A stretch of 7,174 nt of DNA from a virus (taxonomy: Duplodnaviria; Heunggongvirae; Uroviricota; Caudoviricetes), in IMG/VR virus record IMGVR_UViG_2700989544_000016. One strand, written 5' to 3'. Shown in pieces: positions 5,111-7,174 of this stretch. How positions within the stretch are numbered: position 1 is the stretch's first letter; every line of letters starts with the position of its first letter. The translations under genes and the position numbers were made by a program. The notes under the pieces were generated by a model that did no database searches, was not told the origin of the DNA, and worked only from the letters and a program-made list of their open reading frames with translations.

Positions 5111-5620
5111 ATGAGTAATGACAAAAAATTGACACTGAGCGTTTACGAAAACAGTCCGCACATCTGGCGTGGCGGTTTATCTGATGTGGAGCTGGCAGAG
5201 TGGTTGATACATAAAGCTAATGCGCTGCTCTGGCGTTTGTCAGCCAGAGAACAGCGCAAGGAAACCAGAATAAAGCTGGCTGATGCAGAAGCGTGTGCCG
5301 GGCTTATTGAGGATTATACAAATCTTGGTATTTCTTCAGCAGAGAGTGATCCCATTCAGCCTCTGAGCAGGGAGTCAATCCAGCACGCTGGTTGTATGGC
5401 ACATCTTGTAACTGCTCGTCAACATGAGGTGGGTATTGGATCACTTCCGGTGGGATATTCGATGATTCCAGAGCTGGTTGAAGCAAGAAAATCAGTTCAG
5501 AAAAAGAGAGATGACGCACTTCAATTATTGAGAGAGCACTATGGCGCGATACCAGAATGCGAACAGCGTCGATACCCTGAAGGTTATGAATGGATGCAGT
5601 CTCTTTTTGAAGTTCGCTAA
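5111..5620 (+). CDS. Hypothetical protein (169 aa), unrecognised, between the CII-like gene and the replication gene
   Basis: ATG 5111 lies 13 nt after the previous stop, with a weak RBS. The track ORF 5060..5620 begins at a GTG overlapping the upstream gene. Composition is coding-like. No motif recognised. Confidence 0.55.
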   Translation: MSNDKKLTLSVYENSPHIWRGGLSDVELAEWLIHKANALLWRLSAREQRKETRIKLADAEACAGLIEDYTNLGISSAESDPIQPLSRESIQHAGCMAHLVTARQHEVGIGSLPVGYSMIPELVEARKSVQKKRDDALQLLREHYGAIPECEQRRYPEGYEWMQSLFEVR

Positions 5621-5837
5621 TCAATATGTCGAGACGAAGGTATGTTTCGGCGCGCAGCCAGGCTCTGTAATCCGGGAGCATTTCGGGGCTGTTACACCAG
5701 CGGTTTGTTGCTGCAACATTTAATACATGAGCCTGATAAAGGCTTTTCAAAAAATACATGTCGAACCTCCTCTGGTTCTGTCGATTGGGAACCACAGATT
5801 ATATCCGGAGGAAGGTTCGGCACCAGATGAGGTAGCC

Positions 5838-6149
5838 ATGCGTGATTACGCAAAAGTTTCTCCGCGATTCTGGCTGGGAGAAACGGGGAGAGAACTTAGA
5901 AAGGCGGGTGCAGAAGCGCAAGTTGTTGCTTTTTACCTGATGACATCCCCTCACGCAAATATGCTGGGTTTGTATTACCTGCCAGTTTTATACCTTGCTC
6001 ATGAAACCGGGCTTGGTCTGGAAGGGGCTTCAAAGGGGCTTCAAAGGGGCTTAAAAGGGCTGTTGAAGCTGGTTTTTGTAGCTATGACCATGATGCAGAG
6101 ATGGTCTGGGTCCATGAAATGGCAGCCTGGCAGGTTGGGGAAACGTTGA
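5838..6149 (+). CDS. Replication initiator (lambda O-equivalent, YdaU-like), N-terminal part; the frame is broken inside the 11-bp repeat at 6022-6065 (frameshift or assembly error)
   Basis: Frame-3 ORF. Likely start is ATG 5838 (GAGG 5 nt upstream, MRDYAKVSPRFWLGETGRELRKAG...); the alternative ATG 5727 is in frame but has no RBS. After ...LAHETGLGLEGASKGL the conserved-looking reading continues in frame 2, not frame 3. Confidence 0.6.
   Translation: MRDYAKVSPRFWLGETGRELRKAGAEAQVVAFYLMTSPHANMLGLYYLPVLYLAHETGLGLEGASKGLQRGLKGLLKLVFVAMTMMQRWSGSMKWQPGRLGKR
6022..6065. repeat. Iteron-like 11-bp tandem repeat cluster 1 (AAGGGGCTTCA x2, AAGGGGCTTAA, degenerate AAGGGCTGTTG)
   Basis: Direct reading of the sequence: units at 6022-6032, 6033-6043 and 6044-6054, with a degenerate unit at 6055-6065. 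One helical turn per unit. Confidence 0.7.
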
Positions 6150-6670
6150 AGCCTGGCGATAACCGTTGTGCAGGTGTCAGGAATGAGTATGCATCATTAC
6201 CTGAAAACGCTTTTCTGTCAGTGTTTTACGACAGATATAAAACGGATTTCCATCTGGATGTGAGGCGGAATAATAGCCGAAATTCGGTAAGGGGCTTCGA
6301 AGGGGCTTTTAAGGGGCTTCGAAGCCAAGAACAGGAACAGGAGCAGGAGAAAGAACAGGAACAGGACAAAAACACTATGGTTCATGGCAAAAAAAACACC
6401 ACGAACCAGGCAGGGGATGTTCAGACCGTCAATCCTGGTCAGCCAGCAGGCACGACACCGGAAGCCGATTCAGCGTATGCGCTGAAAGCCGATTCGGGCG
6501 CTGTGCAGCAGGTGATGACCGCAGGGTCGGAGCAATCACACCAACTGCAGCAGCCTGAAGCCGATTCCGCCATTCAGCGGGAAGCCGATCGGGTAGTCCC
6601 GGAAAGCACCGGGCAGTCTGTGGGACGAGTGGATTATCCGGATGTGTTCGAACAGGTCTGGCGGGAATAC
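6101..6670 (+). CDS. Replication initiator, C-terminal part in the shifted frame, truncated by the assembly gap
   Basis: Frame 2 is open from 6005 to the gap and encodes ...KRAVEAGFCSYDHDAEMVWVHEMAAWQVGETLKPGDNRCAGVRNEYASLPENAFLSVFYDRYKTDFHLDVRR... plus a QEQEQEQEKEQEQDK linker. Deleting one 11-bp repeat unit joins it in frame to the upstream part. Confidence 0.6.
6289..6326. repeat. Iteron-like 11-bp tandem repeat cluster 2 (AAGGGGCTTCG, AAGGGGCTTTT, AAGGGGCTTCG) with flanking palindromes; candidate origin core
   Basis: Units at 6289-6299, 6300-6310 and 6311-6321. Palindromes CCGAAATTCGG (6277-6287) and GGCTTCGAAGCC (6315-6326). The 33 bp are in frame, encoding RGFEGAFKGLRS. Confidence 0.65.
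6329..6364. repeat. Imperfect hexanucleotide repeat (GAACAG)n encoding a Q/E-rich linker, followed by an A-rich tract
   Basis: GAACAG GAACAG GAGCAG GAGAAA GAACAG GAACAG, then ACAAAAACACTATGGTTCATGGCAAAAAAAACACC (6366-6400). Confidence 0.6.
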
Positions 6671-6781
6671 NNNNNNNNNNNNNNNNNNNNNNNNNNNNNN
6701 NNNNNNNNNNNNNNNNNNNNNNNNNNNNNNNNNNNNNNNNNNNNNNNNNNNNNNNNNNNNNNNNNNNNNNNNNNNNNNNNN
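6671..6781. other. Assembly gap (111 N)
   Basis: A run of n characters. True length and sequence are unknown, so frames cannot be carried across it. Confidence 0.95.
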
Positions 6782-6782
6782 A

Positions 6783-7174
6783 TGCTCGTTTGCGAATTAT
6801 CAGGTGCAGAACGACGGGCAAAAATACGCGCTGAGCCAGGCCAAATCCATAGCTGACGAACTGATGACCGGGTGCACGAATTTTGTGTTCAGCGGTAAAA
6901 CCGGCACCGGGAAAAATCACCTTGCAGCGGCGATGGGTAACCGGCTGATGGCGAAGGGGCGCAGCGTGATTATCGTCACCGTGTCTGATGTCATGAGCGT
7001 GTTGCATGACAGCTACGACAACGGCAAATCCGGGGAAAAATTTTTACAGGAGCTTTGCAGTGTTGATTTGCTGGTCCTGGATGAAATAGGCGTTCAGCGG
7101 GAGACGAAAAACGAGCAGGTGGTATTACACCAGATAATTGATCGCCGGACAGCATCACTGTGCAGTGTCGGGAT
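6783..7174 (+). CDS. dnaC: DnaC-like helicase loader (AAA+ ATPase), internal fragment; start lost in or before the gap, end beyond the window
   Basis: Frame-3 translation CSFANYQVQNDGQKYALSQAK...NFVFSGKTGTGKNHLAAAMGNRLMAKGRSVIIVTVSDVMSVLHDSYDNGKSGEKFLQELCSVDLLVLDEIGVQRETKNEQVVLHQIIDRRTAS. It carries a Walker A motif (GKTGTGKN) and a Walker B motif (DLLVLDEIG), and is colinear with E. coli DnaC as I recall it. Confidence 0.85.

Noticed and set aside
4907-5830. Track ORFs 4907..5161 (-), 5304..5795 (-), 5541..5723 (+) and 5642..5830 (+)
   Set aside because: Antisense or overlapping frames against the co-directional plus-strand operon. The 163-aa antisense ORF 5304..5795 cannot be fully excluded and is flagged in the findings, but the plus-strand genes fit operon spacing better.
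6429-7007. Track ORF 6429..7007 (-) and the frame-2 tail 6782..6856 (+)
   Set aside because: Both depend on reading through the run of N or fall out of frame with the clearly DnaC-like frame 3. They are artefacts of the assembly gap.
1-7174. Searched for CRISPR arrays, tRNA/rRNA genes, and N-type antiterminator or boxB/nut-like hairpins
   Set aside because: No spaced identical direct repeats, no cloverleaf-like or rRNA-like segments, and no arginine-rich small ORF with an adjacent boxB-like stem-loop were found. Only the structures listed above were seen.

Overview
This window reads as the immunity and replication core of a Rac/CP-933P-like lambdoid prophage from an enterobacterium; that assignment is an inference from gene order and protein features, since no database search was possible. 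Left to right: (1) 1-839, minus strand, the N-terminal part of an unrecognised early-left gene running off the window; (2) 933-1309, minus, two translationally coupled small genes, the upstream one resembling lambda Kil; (3) 1786-2459, plus, an AT-rich insert with a near-consensus -10, a 52-aa basic ORF and a two-transmembrane-helix protein in the position SieB occupies in Rac; (4) 2460-2940, no ORF of 60 aa or more, but a strong minus-strand sigma70-like promoter, a 44-aa ORF and a nested hairpin; (5) 2973-4284, minus, a four-gene operon of DicA/RacR-like repressor, a paralogous PaaR-like regulator, a 63-aa antitoxin and a ParE/RelE toxin, followed by a hairpin terminator; (6) 4285-4386, a divergent promoter/operator region with nested inverted repeats; (7) 4387-5620, plus, a Cro-like (YdaS-type) protein, a CII-analogue (YdaT-like) protein and an unrecognised 169-aa protein; (8) 5838-6670, plus, a replication initiator that carries iteron-like 11-bp repeats inside its own coding sequence and is frameshifted within one repeat cluster; (9) 6671-6781, an assembly gap of N; (10) 6783-7174, plus, a DnaC-like helicase loader, partial. 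No tRNA, rRNA or CRISPR array was seen. The most interesting points are the frameshift sitting exactly in an 11-bp iteron repeat, the toxin-antitoxin module embedded in the repressor operon with two paralogous repressors, and the AT-rich membrane-protein insert.
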